Shown here: positions 1-12,507 of the stretch, one piece after another
Position numbering within the stretch: the stretch's first letter is position 1
Layout: every line of letters starts with the position of its first letter
Source: Pseudogymnoascus verrucosus
Lineage: Eukaryota
Assembly (NCBI GenBank): GCA_001662655.1
Contig: KV460214.1
Strand: one strand, 5' to 3'
Length of the DNA stretch: 64,000 nt
Notes under the pieces: generated by a model
What the model saw: only the letters and a program-made list of their open reading frames with translations
What the model was told of the DNA's origin: nothing
Databases searched by the model: none
Made by a program: the position numbers and the translations under genes

Positions 1-1462
1 ATCCGAGAAGATGGTGGGCTTGACGAAGTATCCCTTTCCGTCACCAACGTCTGTGAAGCTCTCTCCACCACAGACCAGCTTTGCGCCTTGGTCCTTGCCG
101 GACTGGGCGAAGCCGAGAACGCGCTCGTGCTGTACCTTGGTGATCTGAGGGCCTTGGCTGGTGGTTGCGGCGAAGGGGTCACCGACGACTTGGATCTCGG
201 AGACGTATTTGGTTAAGTCGGCGACAAATTTGTCGTAGACACCCTCCTGGACGAGAATGCGGGATGTGGCGCAGCAGACTTGACCCTGGTTGTAGAAAAT
301 GCCGATGTGCTATGCATGTTAGGTTGGGTTCGTTTGCTTCAAAACTGTGGAGGAAACTTACAGCCCATTTGACGGCTTGGTCCAGCTCAGCGTCGTCGAA
401 GATCAACAACGCAGACTTTCCGCCGGTCTCGAGAGTAATGTTCTTCATGTTAATGGATGCCATCTTCATGATCTCCTTACCAGTAGTGGTGCTACCAGTG
501 AACGCAATCTTATCGACATCCAAGTGGCTCGCAAGAGCCTTTCCAGCCTCTCTCCCATGTCCGTTAATAATATTAATAACTCCCGGCGGGAAACCAGCCT
601 CCTTAAACAAGCTAGCCATGTATAGAATGGACAACGGGGTCTGCTCAGCTGCCTTGAGGACAACCGTGTTACCACACGCCAATGCCGGTCCCAGCTTCCA
701 AGCCGCCATCTCGAGCGGAAAGTTCCACGGGATAATCTGACCACAAACACCGACAGGTTCTTTGATAGTATATGCAAGCTTATCGGCACCAACATCGATG
801 GTCTGGCCATGGTTCTTGTCCGCGTAGCCGGCATAGTATCTTAAGACCGTGGCGCTGCCCGCAACGTCGTCATTGAGGGACACACTATATGGCTTTCCAT
901 TGTCCCATGTCTCGATAGTGGCCAGCGTCTCCGCGTGCTTGTCGATGAGATCAGCAAGCTTGAACATCATCGTCCCGCGATCCGTGGCGGGGATGTCGCG
1001 CCAAGTGGGGTTCTTGAAGGCGGCGCGAGCTGCGGCAACTGCAGCGTTGACATCGTCTTCGGTGGCTGCGTACACGGAAGTAATCGCGGTCTCGTTGCTG
1101 TCAAATCAACAGTTAGTTTCTGTGGAATGAAACTGGCGGTGAGATGAGCAGGATTGGGCTCACGTCGGGTTGATCGTCTCGATCTTCTGGCCATTGCTGC
1201 TCTTTACGAACTCGCCATTGATGTACAGGCCGATGGGCTGGGTGTACTTGACGCCATTGGGGGCTGTCAATTCGACGGAAAGGTCGGAAGACATCTTAAG
1301 GGCGGTCTGTGTGCTAAAAAGCTGGTATTGTTTATGCGGGCTCGAAGCTGGCGGCAGTCGCGGTGAAGCTTTGAAGCGCGTAATGTACGAGGAAGGTTTT
1401 GAGTGGGCTATAGAAGACAATGCTGCATTGCGGAAGGAAGAATAGAGCTTATGAACGAGCAT
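1..1462 (-). CDS. NAD(P)-dependent aldehyde dehydrogenase (ALDH1/2 family), runs off the left edge; exons 1462-1164, 1097-362, 309-<1
   Basis: ALDH motifs GQIIPWNFP, KAAEQTPLS, FTGST and LETGGKS, then FYNQGQVCCA with the catalytic Cys after splicing. GT-AG introns 1163-1098 and 361-310 have CTAAC branch points and restore the frame. A second in-frame ATG lies at 1294. Confidence 0.95.
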
Positions 1463-2533
1463 CTCAAGTGGAATAGAAGTTCAGGGAAAGAGCCAACAAC
1501 AGGCAAATGTTAGATGCGGGGTTACCGTGCGGGGGGGAAGTATTGGGGAGTGGACTGGAGTGGTGTCAGCATATGACGATAGTGGGCTTGGCGCTATATT
1601 GCCGCGGTTGTTCCGAATCTAGGCCTTCAAAATATGAGATGCCTTATTAATCTAAGGCCGCTGTTGGTTTTCTTGGTATTGTAAAACATATATTTTTTTG
1701 ATTTGGGACATTATACTTGTTATATTGTCCTTTTTAAGGTGCGTATATAAGTATGTGCTTTTGTAAACATTTCAATGTATAAATGTAGGTAGCTGTCACG
1801 TACTGTATGTCATCTGCGGCCCATTATGCGGCCACCCCTGGTCTGCAGATAGGTAATCTGAACTGCAACGACACTCATTCTTAACAATTTGGTATTATCG
1901 ATACTATATATGTATATGTTGCTGTATGTCCCGGCATTCCACTCAGATAGTCCTCTTATATTTGAAGACTGCCAGTATATATCCAATTTCAGCTGCCGTC
2001 AATGTCGCCGTCTCCCCAAACTCCAAACAAATAACCCCCTTAAGACTTTCTCCCCGCCATCCTGGTAGTTCCCAATCTGTTCCGCCCAGTACGTGATATA
2101 AATAAACAGTTACAAAACCTCCCTCCCCGCCCAGTTCGCCCTTTACCTGGGCATATAAGCTCCATGCTCCAAACACCCGCCGCCGCTGCAGAAAAAACAA
2201 CAAAACGATAACAAAAAGACTCCGCCGCGCTGAGAAACAAAAGGGGTATAAATAGGTATGCTCGGTCGCCCGATCCATGCAATTCTTCGGTGGTGTTGGC
2301 ACACGCAGTGTGCCGTGATAAGAGCGAGTTATAATAACAGATAGTGTGGTACAACAGATGATCCGGTACAATATATAATGTGGTGTAATATGAAATAAAT
2401 GATAGTGTGATAGTATGATAGTTCGTTGTTGCTTGCAGATTCGGTTGTAATGTGGCACCGTTGGGTTAATTTGGTTTGATAAAGGGTGTGTTTCGGTAGG
2501 TAGTATTTGGAGTGATGATAGATAGTGACGACC

Positions 2534-4429
2534 CTATTGCCGCTGCCCGCTAGAGTCGCCTGGCTTCGGAGTCGGTTGTTGCGCCTGCTGTTGAGCTTGC
2601 TGCTGGGCTTGCTGTTGCGTTTGCTGTTGCGTTTGCTGTTGTGCTTGCTGTTGTGCTTGATGATTTGCTTGATGATTTGCTTGATGGTTTGCTTGATGAT
2701 TTGCCTGATGATTTGCCTGCTGATTTGCTTGGTACTGCGTTTGGTACTGTGCTTGGTACTGTGGTTGTTGCTGTGGTGGCTGTGGTAGTTGTCCACTTGG
2801 CCACGATCGGTCACTGCCACCTGGGGGGTAGAAGGTAGATTGCGGACGTTGCGCAGCGGTGTTGGAAAGCCAACTTGGAACCACCACAGGGCCAGAAACG
2901 CTTCTAGTTTGGGGAGGTAGATGCTGTGGGTGTTGGCCTCCTTCTGGTCGAGGCTGTGCGCTGGCGTATGGGGTGGTAGGAGGGAGATATTGCATATTCT
3001 GCCCTTCTTCTGGTCTGGATTGGTTATCAGGGCGTCCATATTCTCCCTGATCATCTAGTCGCCTTCGTCTTGCAGGTCTTTCGCCTTGGGTCATGTCGTC
3101 TCCGGGGGACTGCCGTCGTGAGCCGGGAGAAAGGTCATGAGAGAGTGGAGATGGCTCCCGAATAATAGGACTCCGTGGTGGCGCTTGTAAAGCTTGGTTT
3201 CTGGTCGCCGGGTTGTCGCATAACATGCGCCACATTCTCTCTGCTTCAGCCTGAAAGAAGTCGCTCCGTTCCTTGTGGTAGGCTATCATCTTATCTCTGT
3301 CTTGAATCTCCTTATTCTCCTGTTCCTTTTTATCTTTGGTCCTTTTGCGGAAACGCGCCGAGGCGCTTGCATTGCGCTTTCGTCTATTACCAGCCTCAAT
3401 TGATCCTACATCCACATCCACAGGTATGTTGAACTCGCCATTTCTTGCTGCCCAAAGCAGGTCATGCCCACCGCTAACGGGGCCTTGGGGGGGCATTATC
3501 TCCGGTGGGTGAGTTGTGTAGGGGCCTGGTTCTTGTAGGTTTCCCTGTGACGGACCTCCTTCTGGGACGGCTCCTCTTTGAGTTGGACCTGTGAAATATG
3601 GTGGGCCAGAAGGCGGCTGGCTCATCTGAGTCATCGCAGCGGGCGATGGGTGGCTGCTATAAGAGTATGGAGAGTTCGGGCTCACACTCTGTGAATTCGG
3701 TAACCTTGCTGCTGGCCCTCCCATCACAGCAACACTCGCTCGTCGGTTTAAAGGTGGCCCAGACACGGGAGGAGGCAAATTGATAGGACCTCGAATATGT
3801 GCAGGAATGGCGGGCACCGGTGGGATTTCGGACGAAGCACCAGTCCCCGGGACTACAACGTGCGGCCACCCTGACTCGTATTCAGGTGGTGGTTGAACAA
3901 AGGGTCTTTGGCCTCCCATCGCCGCATTGCCGAGACTAACAGTTCTATTGACGCTTGGGGCCAAACTTCTCCTGCGCCGCCCGGCGAAGCCGGCGTTCGC
4001 TGATAATAAACTAGGACTATTCGGAGGTTGATTTAGACGTGATATGAGTGGTGGTATTACTGCGCGAGTGGTCTGTTGTGGTAGTGACCGATCCACGAAA
4101 GCCATCTGGGAATTGGAACTAAACGTGGACTGCACACGGCTGTTTGCAGACTCCGTTGGGTTTAACATGGTATGGACGCCAACTCCCCGAGAAGCACCAG
4201 GTGCACAATTATCGCCAGGCGTCATTGGCGGATAAGTTTGTGCATGGGGTTGGGCTGCTGGCTGCTGGCTCAGCTGCTGTGAATTTTGATCTCGAGAAAT
4301 TTCATCTCCATGGTCAAGCCCAGCATGTTGACCTTCTTGTCCCCGAAAAGTACCAGCGGGCGAACTATCATCCCGGCCATCGGCGGTTGATTGAGATACA
4401 GGACGAGACGGAGCCGGCCTCTGTGACAT
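2534..4429 (-). CDS. bZIP transcription factor (ASARFR-type basic region) with Pro/Ser-rich N-terminus and Gln-rich repeat tail; first ATG at 4429, frame open up to 4759
   Basis: Basic region IPVDVDVGSIEAGNRRKRNASASARFRKRTK followed by a coiled-coil segment, within a long uninterrupted ORF. The start codon is uncertain. Confidence 0.8.
   Translation of the reverse strand: MSQRPAPSRPVSQSTADGRDDSSPAGTFRGQEGQHAGLDHGDEISRDQNSQQLSQQPAAQPHAQTYPPMTPGDNCAPGASRGVGVHTMLNPTESANSRVQSTFSSNSQMAFVDRSLPQQTTRAVIPPLISRLNQPPNSPSLLSANAGFAGRRRRSLAPSVNRTVSLGNAAMGGQRPFVQPPPEYESGWPHVVVPGTGASSEIPPVPAIPAHIRGPINLPPPVSGPPLNRRASVAVMGGPAARLPNSQSVSPNSPYSYSSHPSPAAMTQMSQPPSGPPYFTGPTQRGAVPEGGPSQGNLQEPGPYTTHPPEIMPPQGPVSGGHDLLWAARNGEFNIPVDVDVGSIEAGNRRKRNASASARFRKRTKDKKEQENKEIQDRDKMIAYHKERSDFFQAEAERMWRMLCDNPATRNQALQAPPRSPIIREPSPLSHDLSPGSRRQSPGDDMTQGERPARRRRLDDQGEYGRPDNQSRPEEGQNMQYLPPTTPYASAQPRPEGGQHPQHLPPQTRSVSGPVVVPSWLSNTAAQRPQSTFYPPGGSDRSWPSGQLPQPPQQQPQYQAQYQTQYQANQQANHQANHQANHQANHQANHQAQQQAQQQTQQQTQQQAQQQAQQQAQQPTPKPGDSSGQRQ
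2575..2790 (-). repeat. Coding 12-bp tandem repeats (QANH, QQQA/QQQT, QYQA/T)
   Basis: Plus strand shows repeated TGATTTGCTTGA and TTGCTGTTGCGT units inside the bZIP ORF. Confidence 0.9.
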
Positions 4430-7400
4430 TGAGCCCTGATCTCCTGGCCCTTTATGGTCCCAGAGATCGGGACATGGGAGTTTTTGCCCGTCCTGCCCCA
4501 AAGTTGGACTGCCGTGGGGGCTTGGATCAGATTGTATTTGGCCTCTCCCTACAACACTGGGCTGTTGTTCCTTGAGGCTTCGTGCGGAATTTGCAGGATA
4601 CAAGAAGGTAGAAGCAGCGAACGCTTGGGGCGCTGGCCTGTAGAGAATGGTTTGCACAGCCAGGGTGAAGGACGATGGCGGGTTGCCTAAAAGGCCACCA
4701 CGGTGCTCCGAAGCGTAGGCAGGTAAGTTTCCGGTATCACCGCGTAAAATCCAATCGCTTCAGCTTGAAATTTTGACTTCGAGTGATGGTAGTGTTTTTG
4801 CTTTTTCGTGGATCTCTTGTTATAATGTATGATGAGCTGTTGGACAGGGATAGTCGCACCAAACCGCCGTTGATTCGATAGGCGGCTGGATCTTGGTTAC
4901 CGTCAGCTATGAGCAGTAACGTTTTCAAGTGAGATGTATAGGTTGAGATTGGCGCGCTTCTATTGCGTCCAGGCCAGTAGCACAACAGTCGGTGCAATAT
5001 ATTGAGGAAGAACAAATTACGGAAGGAGGGACGACGTCTATTTGTTGTGGGCGAGCCAGTCAAATAATGAAGAATGAGTTGAGAGTTGTGAGTGGTTCGT
5101 CGTACTATGGAGCTGACTTGGATCCGGTTGGCCAGGCTTAACAGGAACAGCGGTAGACTCTCGTCATGATAGCCAGCCTTCGTAACCTTACATCCTAGGG
5201 CTCATAAATCCCGTATCGTGGGAACCGTAGAAAAGAGTTTGCATGAGCGGAAGCGCGACTTACTCTGCATATGACGGTGGAAAGCCCCACGCATATTTGG
5301 GGGACCATTGGGCTCCCTAGCCGTTGTCCTCCTGTGAGAAAAGATGTCCCAACAGCCAGGGCATGGGATGCATCTTAGTGTGGGGCTATGTGCACCTTGA
5401 TGAACATTGAAAGTACTCTTGGCGTATACCGTGGGTAGACCGGGGAGAAAGCCAAATGCCCCCCAACACGTTACTCCAAATAGGGAAGCCTTTCACGCTT
5501 GTGTAGGGCGTAAGCGGGAGAAAGGATGTCCCCTCAGGGTAACTGATCCACAGGTACTGGCTGCAGGCTTAGCACAATACTGCGGTGCGGGTCAACGCCA
5601 GATGAGTTGCGAGTAGCTTGAAAGGTAACAAAGTACCCTTGGTGAACGTTGCAAATCAGTGGTAAATCGACGGTGTTGGCTGTGCAGACATGTCATAATC
5701 TTTGCGTCAGCGCAATCATGTCCAGTTGCTGTATCCCATCACACATACCGATACTACTCTGGCTACCCTGGTCGCTCCGCGCAGTCTAACGGGCGAACCA
5801 ACGACATAATCTAGAGGCGCTTCGGTTGCTGAGTTGCTGGCTGAGAACCATATCGCCTCACTATCCAGCGATCATCAGCTTCCAACACACTAGGGGACCA
5901 CTGCTCCTGATCGGGAGTAGTGTTTCGATCAGTCCCGGCGTCTCACGTCCCAGCTGATCATGACCTCCGGCCGGGGAAAGGATCCTGCGACTGTTTGGGG
6001 GTTAGAATTGCACCCCACTCCGGGTGAGTCGTAGCGTGTGCTCCGCACTCGCTCTAAGAAGTCGTCCTGACCGTCTTGGCGGAGATCTTTACAGGAACTC
6101 GGTTCACGACGTGGGTCCGAACTGACGGTTGGACTCGACACGCCAGCGCCGTCGTACAATCAGTTTTTGTTAGTGGACCGGGGAAGGCGGGACGAGCCAC
6201 TAGGGACAAAATCCAACGAGAGAGAGCAACGCCTAGAACAGAAACAGGTAGCCCAGAGTCCGGTGTGGTATTGTGGTGCGGAGTACCTACGTAGTGTACA
6301 GAGGAAAAGAGAGGGTTTGAGGTAAACCCCTGGTGGCCAAAACACACAGTGGCTTTGTGCAAAATCAATCTAACCCTGCCCTTGTAAATCACATTGGACG
6401 AAACGCAACTGACAGGAAGTTGTGCCTTTGCAAGGAAGAAACAGTAGAAAGACACCTGGTAAAACATACCTGCCCGCCACAGCTCAGGGATCGAGGATTA
6501 AAACAGATAGAGCGTCCGACACGCTTACTCCTGGACATGTATGGTCAGTGTACAGCTCATGACGAAAGGCACTGTGTGCACCACGAGTTCAAAATTATCA
6601 TCCCAATGCAATCATTGTGCAGCATCGTACATACGTATCCGGAAATGTCCCGAGAGGCACGACCCGGTCGGCACTACCGCTCTAGCACAGTGGGCCCAAC
6701 AAGGGAGCACCAAATGCAAGGTGAACCCCCCGCGGGTCCGTGGCATTTCGTCGAAAGCGCCAAGTTCAGCCCGCCCGGCAATGCAGGCAATCAAAAGCTG
6801 TCTGTGGGTATTAAATTGCTTCCACGTTCCTCATGCACGCCGCCCTGTGCTTTTCAACCCATTGTGCGACCAGCCCTCGCCGAGCGATCCGAGTGGCGTG
6901 TAAAACAGACGCTCAGATCTTATTGTTGCCTTGCATTACAACGCTTGTGCTTTGAGTCCCATCAATCCCGTGCACTTAGAAAACTGGAGGGAACGTAGTG
7001 TCATACGTACCCCAGTGGCGTCCGTCAGCTTCGCTTTGGTAGCGCCAGGGCGAAAAGGTGGTGATGACGGACTGATCGTCCCAAGGTTGCTTCCCAGCTG
7101 CTTCGCCTCGCTGGTGCCTTTGGCTTCCATTCATTTCCTCGGATACCCAGTCGTGTGCCTTGGAATGATCCTCATTACATCTCATGTCGCAGCAAGCCAC
7201 TGGTTGACTTCGTCCAGGATGTGCACCTGTATCGTAGAGTAGAGTAGTATTTACCACTACTGAGTACGTGCACTGGGATGTACTGTCTTTGTGAGTGGAC
7301 TTGGTGAAGTGCGGAGTGCATATAAATCCAGCAACTGCATATGTCCATGCACTGCCGACAAGGAGTATGACTGTTTCACACGTCGAGCATAAAACGGGAC

Positions 7401-10400
7401 GTTGATTTTGCTTCTGAGCCTGTGTGCTAATATTCCCACCGCATCAAACCTTCATCATGGGGGCTTGGCGTCGGTCGAACTGCCCAAGGAAGCAAGACAC
7501 AACACCAACGCGAGAGATTTTCAAATTTTTCACAGGGCCTATGGTCTCGCTTTGCCGGAAATAGATATCGTCATGTGGAACAGATCGGTTTATTATTTCA
7601 TCTTAAAAACGAGCTGTAGTGCAAAGACTGTGGGGGTAGGAGTGAAGGTGGTTGGCTGGTTGCGTGGCCTCCAGTAAGATGAGATACAGTAGCTCTACAT
7701 GGGCCCCAGAATATACGATCAGATTTCCAGTGCTGTGGTGGTCTAAAAGGCGTTCACCCATGACACTCCACTGTGGTTTTTTCTCAATGGTAGAGTGTGA
7801 CCTGCCATTTCATCCTGCGTTGTGGGAATGGTTTGTGGTCGGTCCCCAACCAGGAGATAGATAACATGCATGTAAACGCGAACCGTTTCTGACGTGTGTG
7901 CAAACTTGAATGCGACGGAAAGAAGCCATTCATAGTGCTACATGTCAATTGGTAGCGAAGGAGCAGAGTCGTACAACGCTGAACTCGAAGTACTTCCTCT
8001 CAGAAACACGGTTAAAGTGAGATTCACACCGTCTGTACGCACTGAATACATGGTCCTGCATGTAGTACGTACTTTTTGGTGCAAGAAAAGGCTCGCCCCA
8101 TTTTAATCCCGTCTTAAAACCCCAGCAGTCCCAGCAGTGCATACAGTAGTGACCGACCCGAGCTGGCGGTAAACAATTCGAGAAGTTCCCGTTGCCCATG
8201 TAAATAATTGACGCCTGAATTGCTTGGATAATTTGTACCTGAAGCTGGTAGATTCTGCGAATTTGGGGTTAAAAAAAAATAGGAAGGAGCATGAGGAGCC
8301 TTCGTTGGCATTTGAGAGGCCGACAACAGGAGAAGGGAAACCCTTGCATCGAAATATACGCAGGTAGCAACGGGACCAGCAAGGCGCGACGCAGCCAACA
8401 AGGCAATCCTACCCAAGGACAATGCCCAACATCAGTGTTGTTTTCCATGAAATTGACTGGAATCATAACTGTATGAAGCCATACTGGGATCACGGCAACA
8501 AAAAAAACGGCCCGACAGGGAGCTCTAATTTCTCGTGTAGATCGACGCAAAGCTGTGCACAATCCTTCGCTCCTTCGCTCACAACCCCCCCAGCCAAGAC
8601 TTTCGTCGTTGTGTCAATGATGGCTTAGACCTTACATCATCATAGAAGAAGCCATTCGCGCATCCAGTCCAGACCGCCACACCTGTGAAAATATTTTGCC
8701 ACCCAACAAGCTTCCTTAGTTCAGCATGCGCAAATTAGCTGACTTGTCGGAATCCAGCAATCGCAGGGACCTACTCCCTGCATGACGGCTGGGTTAGCCA
8801 AGTAATTGGACGGTGTGACAATTAATTGTCTCCTCTTTAAGCGTCGGTCAAGTCGAGTCCGAGATGAGCACCAAGGCACGGAGTTGTTCGGATGGTGCCT
8901 GTGATGGGTCGGTGCGGTGAATTAGCTGATCGGAATCGGAAGACAAATATGCTCATACCCCGTAGCAAACAGACCAGTGGCCCGACGCGCTGATGGCCGA
9001 GCCCAATTTAGTGAACGCGCCCTTCCTACACGGGGTCTGTGCAAGGCGTACCCGTAGGCGGGTATACCCATTGCCAAGGATATGCATACGCGTCCAGTAA
9101 ATGATGCCTTGTTGGTGACGGCTGGGGTGAGCTTCGACGTACATAATCGTGGGGGATGAGAAGCACCAAGGGCTTGTCTCCGACTTTCTGCAGAGTTAGC
9201 AACGGTGAGAGGTTCGAACGCTCGTTGTCATGCACCCAGACACTGCGTGCATTGGATCCCTCTAAAATCGATGTTCAAGATCTAGCGGTCAGCGGTCAAA
9301 CCACCATAAGGTCCCATTGTCCCGCGGCTGCATATCCTCCAACCTGCATGCCCACAACAGGGGTGACATGTATTTCTCATGTATATTGGATGTCCATCCC
9401 ACAGAGCGTCGACGTGTAGTTTCAGGCAAAATAAAAGTCGGTCACCGCACATTGCAATTCCGCATCCTGGGCACTACACTTTTGAAGCACACCACCAGCT
9501 TTTTGGTAATCATATGCTGTATCTAACAGCTCTAACCTGCATACGGCAGAGGTTTATTGTGCCAGCAGAGCTTTGTGGCCATCGTATACTACAGTCAAGA
9601 TCTTCAGACTGTGTAAATAGGAGGTGAAACCTGCCACAAACGGATCAGTAAGGTAGATAATCACCACAAGAGTACTCTACCTGTGCCATCAACTTTTAAC
9701 ACTTTGATGCGCGGACCGGTTCATGCACGTCTCCTTCCGCATGAATTAGTTTTTGCTTTTGGTGTCGTTTTTTTCTCATCGGCTTGCCTGTTTAGGTGAG
9801 GCTTCATGCATGCAGTGTCCGCCTCACCTTTGATGGCCCATCAAAAACGCCAGCGTGGGGGGGAGGACACACACAGTATCACATGACTGTAAATAGATCC
9901 AGGTCATATCGACCTGCTTATTCCGTACCTGCAACATCGTTCATGACTTGCATGAAAAACACTGCATGACTTTTGTCAGTCAGACCCTGCAGCCTTCCAG
10001 CCCTGTTTTCGTCAAGTTCAAAGTGTATGTGTATCACGTGATTGACATACTGCCATATGGCTTTCTTGTCTCCTGTCTCCCATCCAAACACCAGTGCACC
10101 ATGGAATAGAAGAGGAGCTTGAACTTGATATAGCACACATACCTTTTATCACGTTTTCCTCGGCGTCGAATGGATTCATACTAGGTATCGCCCAGTGTTC
10201 CTTGTGTTAACAATCAACTGTGATGTGCTGATGTTAGAAAACCAGTAAACCCTGAGATTTATTGCTCCTAAAAGGCACCACGCAGCAATATCAAAGCATC
10301 TTGTTACTGATGATGGCTTTGACTGACCATGGTTTTGATAAACTTCATCGACTTTCTTGTGAATATCAGGTGACCAACGACGGATACATAGCAAGGGGGA

Positions 10401-10843
10401 TAAGATTAATGAAACCCCTCATCACCCCGCTCTCGATAACATCCTAATCGGATAAAGGTGAAAGGCCTAGAATTCCTTCGATTCCCTCGCCCTCAAGGTT
10501 CAACAAATATATAAACACAAGTATATTTGGCCGATAGCCTTATATTCTCCGATCGATCGATTGGCCTAACCCCGTTTTGGCGCCGCGGACCGTCCTTCCG
10601 AGAGCTCCGCAGGTAAGAGATAGAGGCTTCTTATATGAGTCTCGAAGAAGCCACCTGACTTCTTCTGTCTGTAAAATCTCTCATATATCCGTTGCTCCTC
10701 TCAATTGCGCTTCCCTCGACGACCCTCGAAAGCAACCTTGATCGAATTGCACTGTTATCGGCCACTCGATCAAAATTGCGACCCAAGGCCGTCAGAGCTA
10801 GAGAGAAGCCTCAAGATAAGACACGCTCAGCCCGTCCAACAAC

Positions 10844-11854
10844 ATGCCGGAATTACAGAGATGGGAAATTCAGGAGCCATACCTCAGGCCCAATGGTGAC
10901 CTCCTTGAAGGCCCATTTTACGAGCCCGAAAACAACCGCCTCCGTTTCGTCGACATCATCCAACGCAAGCTCCACGTGATTGATATCGCCGAAGGGCCGA
11001 CATCGCTCAAGACCATCGACTTTGATATCCCAGTTGGCGTTACGGCAGATATTGAGGGCGTCGATAGCAAGGATAAGATCCTGATAGGCGGAAAGACTGG
11101 AATTGCGATCCTGGACCGGAACACAGGGAAGTACGAATATATCAAGAAGTTCTACGATGACGTGGATGAGGCTCGAGATGATCGGATGAGGAGTAACGAC
11201 GGGAACGTCGATTCCGAGGGCCGAATGTGGATCGCGACCATGACTGATTTCCACGCTGGACCGTGTAAACCAGAGGGTATTTCTCCCCTTTCCAGCGCGA
11301 TATCCCCTCGTTAAGACTGACAAATGCTAGGGCACCTTTTAAGCTTCGACTCCAACCTCAACCGCGCATCGCACCGCTCCGAACTCGTCATCCCCAACAG
11401 TGTCGGCTGGTCCCTCTCCAATACCACCTTCTACCTCGTACACTCCACAGAGGCCACTATCTACGCCTACGACTTCGACGCTGCCACTGGTGCTATCAGC
11501 AACCCACGCGTTTTCTGGAAGCTCGATACTGGCTCTGAACCCGACGGATTTGCCATCGACGTCGAAGGCTACATCTGGCAGGCCGTGTACGGTGATGGCA
11601 AGGTGCTGCGTATCAGTCCTGAGGGCAAGACGGTGGGCGAGATCATACTGCCGACGCGTAACGTGACGTGCTGTGCGTTCGTGGGTGAAGACCTGTGGAT
11701 CACGACGGCGAGCGAGTCCGCTGAGAATGCGAAGTTGTACCCTGAGAGTGCGCGGAACGGGGGCGCGCTCTACAAGATCAATGTTGGCATCACAGGGGTG
11801 GATAAGCACAAGTTCAAGTTGACTGAGGAGACGAGGAAGACAGTTGGCCTATGA
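10844..11854 (+). CDS. SMP-30/gluconolactonase/regucalcin-family beta-propeller; exons 10844-11276, 11331-11854
   Basis: Motifs LLEGP, RSNDGNVDSEGRMW, IPNSVGWS and EPDGFAIDVEG. A GT-AG intron at 11277-11330 with CTGAC branch point joins the two ORFs in frame. Confidence 0.92.
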
Positions 11855-12061
11855 ATTTTCTCAGATGAGGTGGGTGAAGGGCTAGGTATTCTTGTTTCAT
11901 AGTGAACACAATTCCAGCTGTTGCAGTTGCTATCTCGCGCTGGTGTAATTTGCCCTTTTCTTGACTCCATTTCCGAGTCCGAGTAACTTATGTATTAACT
12001 GTAGCCTGAGTGATTAAGCATCTTTGTTCCGACCACAGCCAATTTAAATGGTAGCTGACTT

Positions 12062-12297
12062 CACTGCCCCTCTTCAATTTTGGGAAGGCACGATCAGTAT
12101 CCGTCTTCATATTTTGAGAAGGCACGAATAGTGTTTTTCTTCAAACTTAGAGAAGGAACGAGCAGCGTCCCCTGTCAAACTTTAGGAAGGCACGAGAAGT
12201 GTCCTTGTTTATAATTTGAGAAAGTACGAATGGTATCCTTCATGAAACTTTGGGAAGGCACGAGTGGTGTCCCTCTGTAAACATTGGGAAGGCGCGG
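12062..12297. repeat. Seven-copy tandem array with an exact 34-bp period (core GAAGGCACGA)
   Basis: The core starts at 12084, 12118, 12152, 12186, 12220, 12254 and 12288. Units are diverged but have no indels. Confidence 0.9.
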
Positions 12298-12507
12298 GTG
12301 GTTAGTCTATCAAGGTCTACGTCCAGCATCATGGAGATGGCAATTACATACTACTGATCACCCCGAGAAAAAAGTTCAAAGGATAAACTGACGGTCAGAA
12401 GTTCTTCGATAAGGGCATTGTTCAACGCATAGTTTCTCTGTCATAACTGATTTACCCCCTCGACGCATAGTTCCTCGGCCATCGCCGCGACTATTCTCCT
12501 CGCCACG

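Noticed and set aside
2329..3054. Alternative-frame and antisense ORFs over the bZIP tail (Leu-rich, QIIK repeats)
   Set aside because: They are by-products of the 12-bp coding repeat.
5929..7677. ORFs of 100-221 aa in the long intergenic region
   Set aside because: Many have non-ATG starts, the composition looks random and no domains are recognisable.
12062..12297. CRISPR array (34-bp period); also considered for the 63-bp array
   Set aside because: Units are homologous along their whole length with no unique spacers, there are no cas genes, and the context is eukaryotic.
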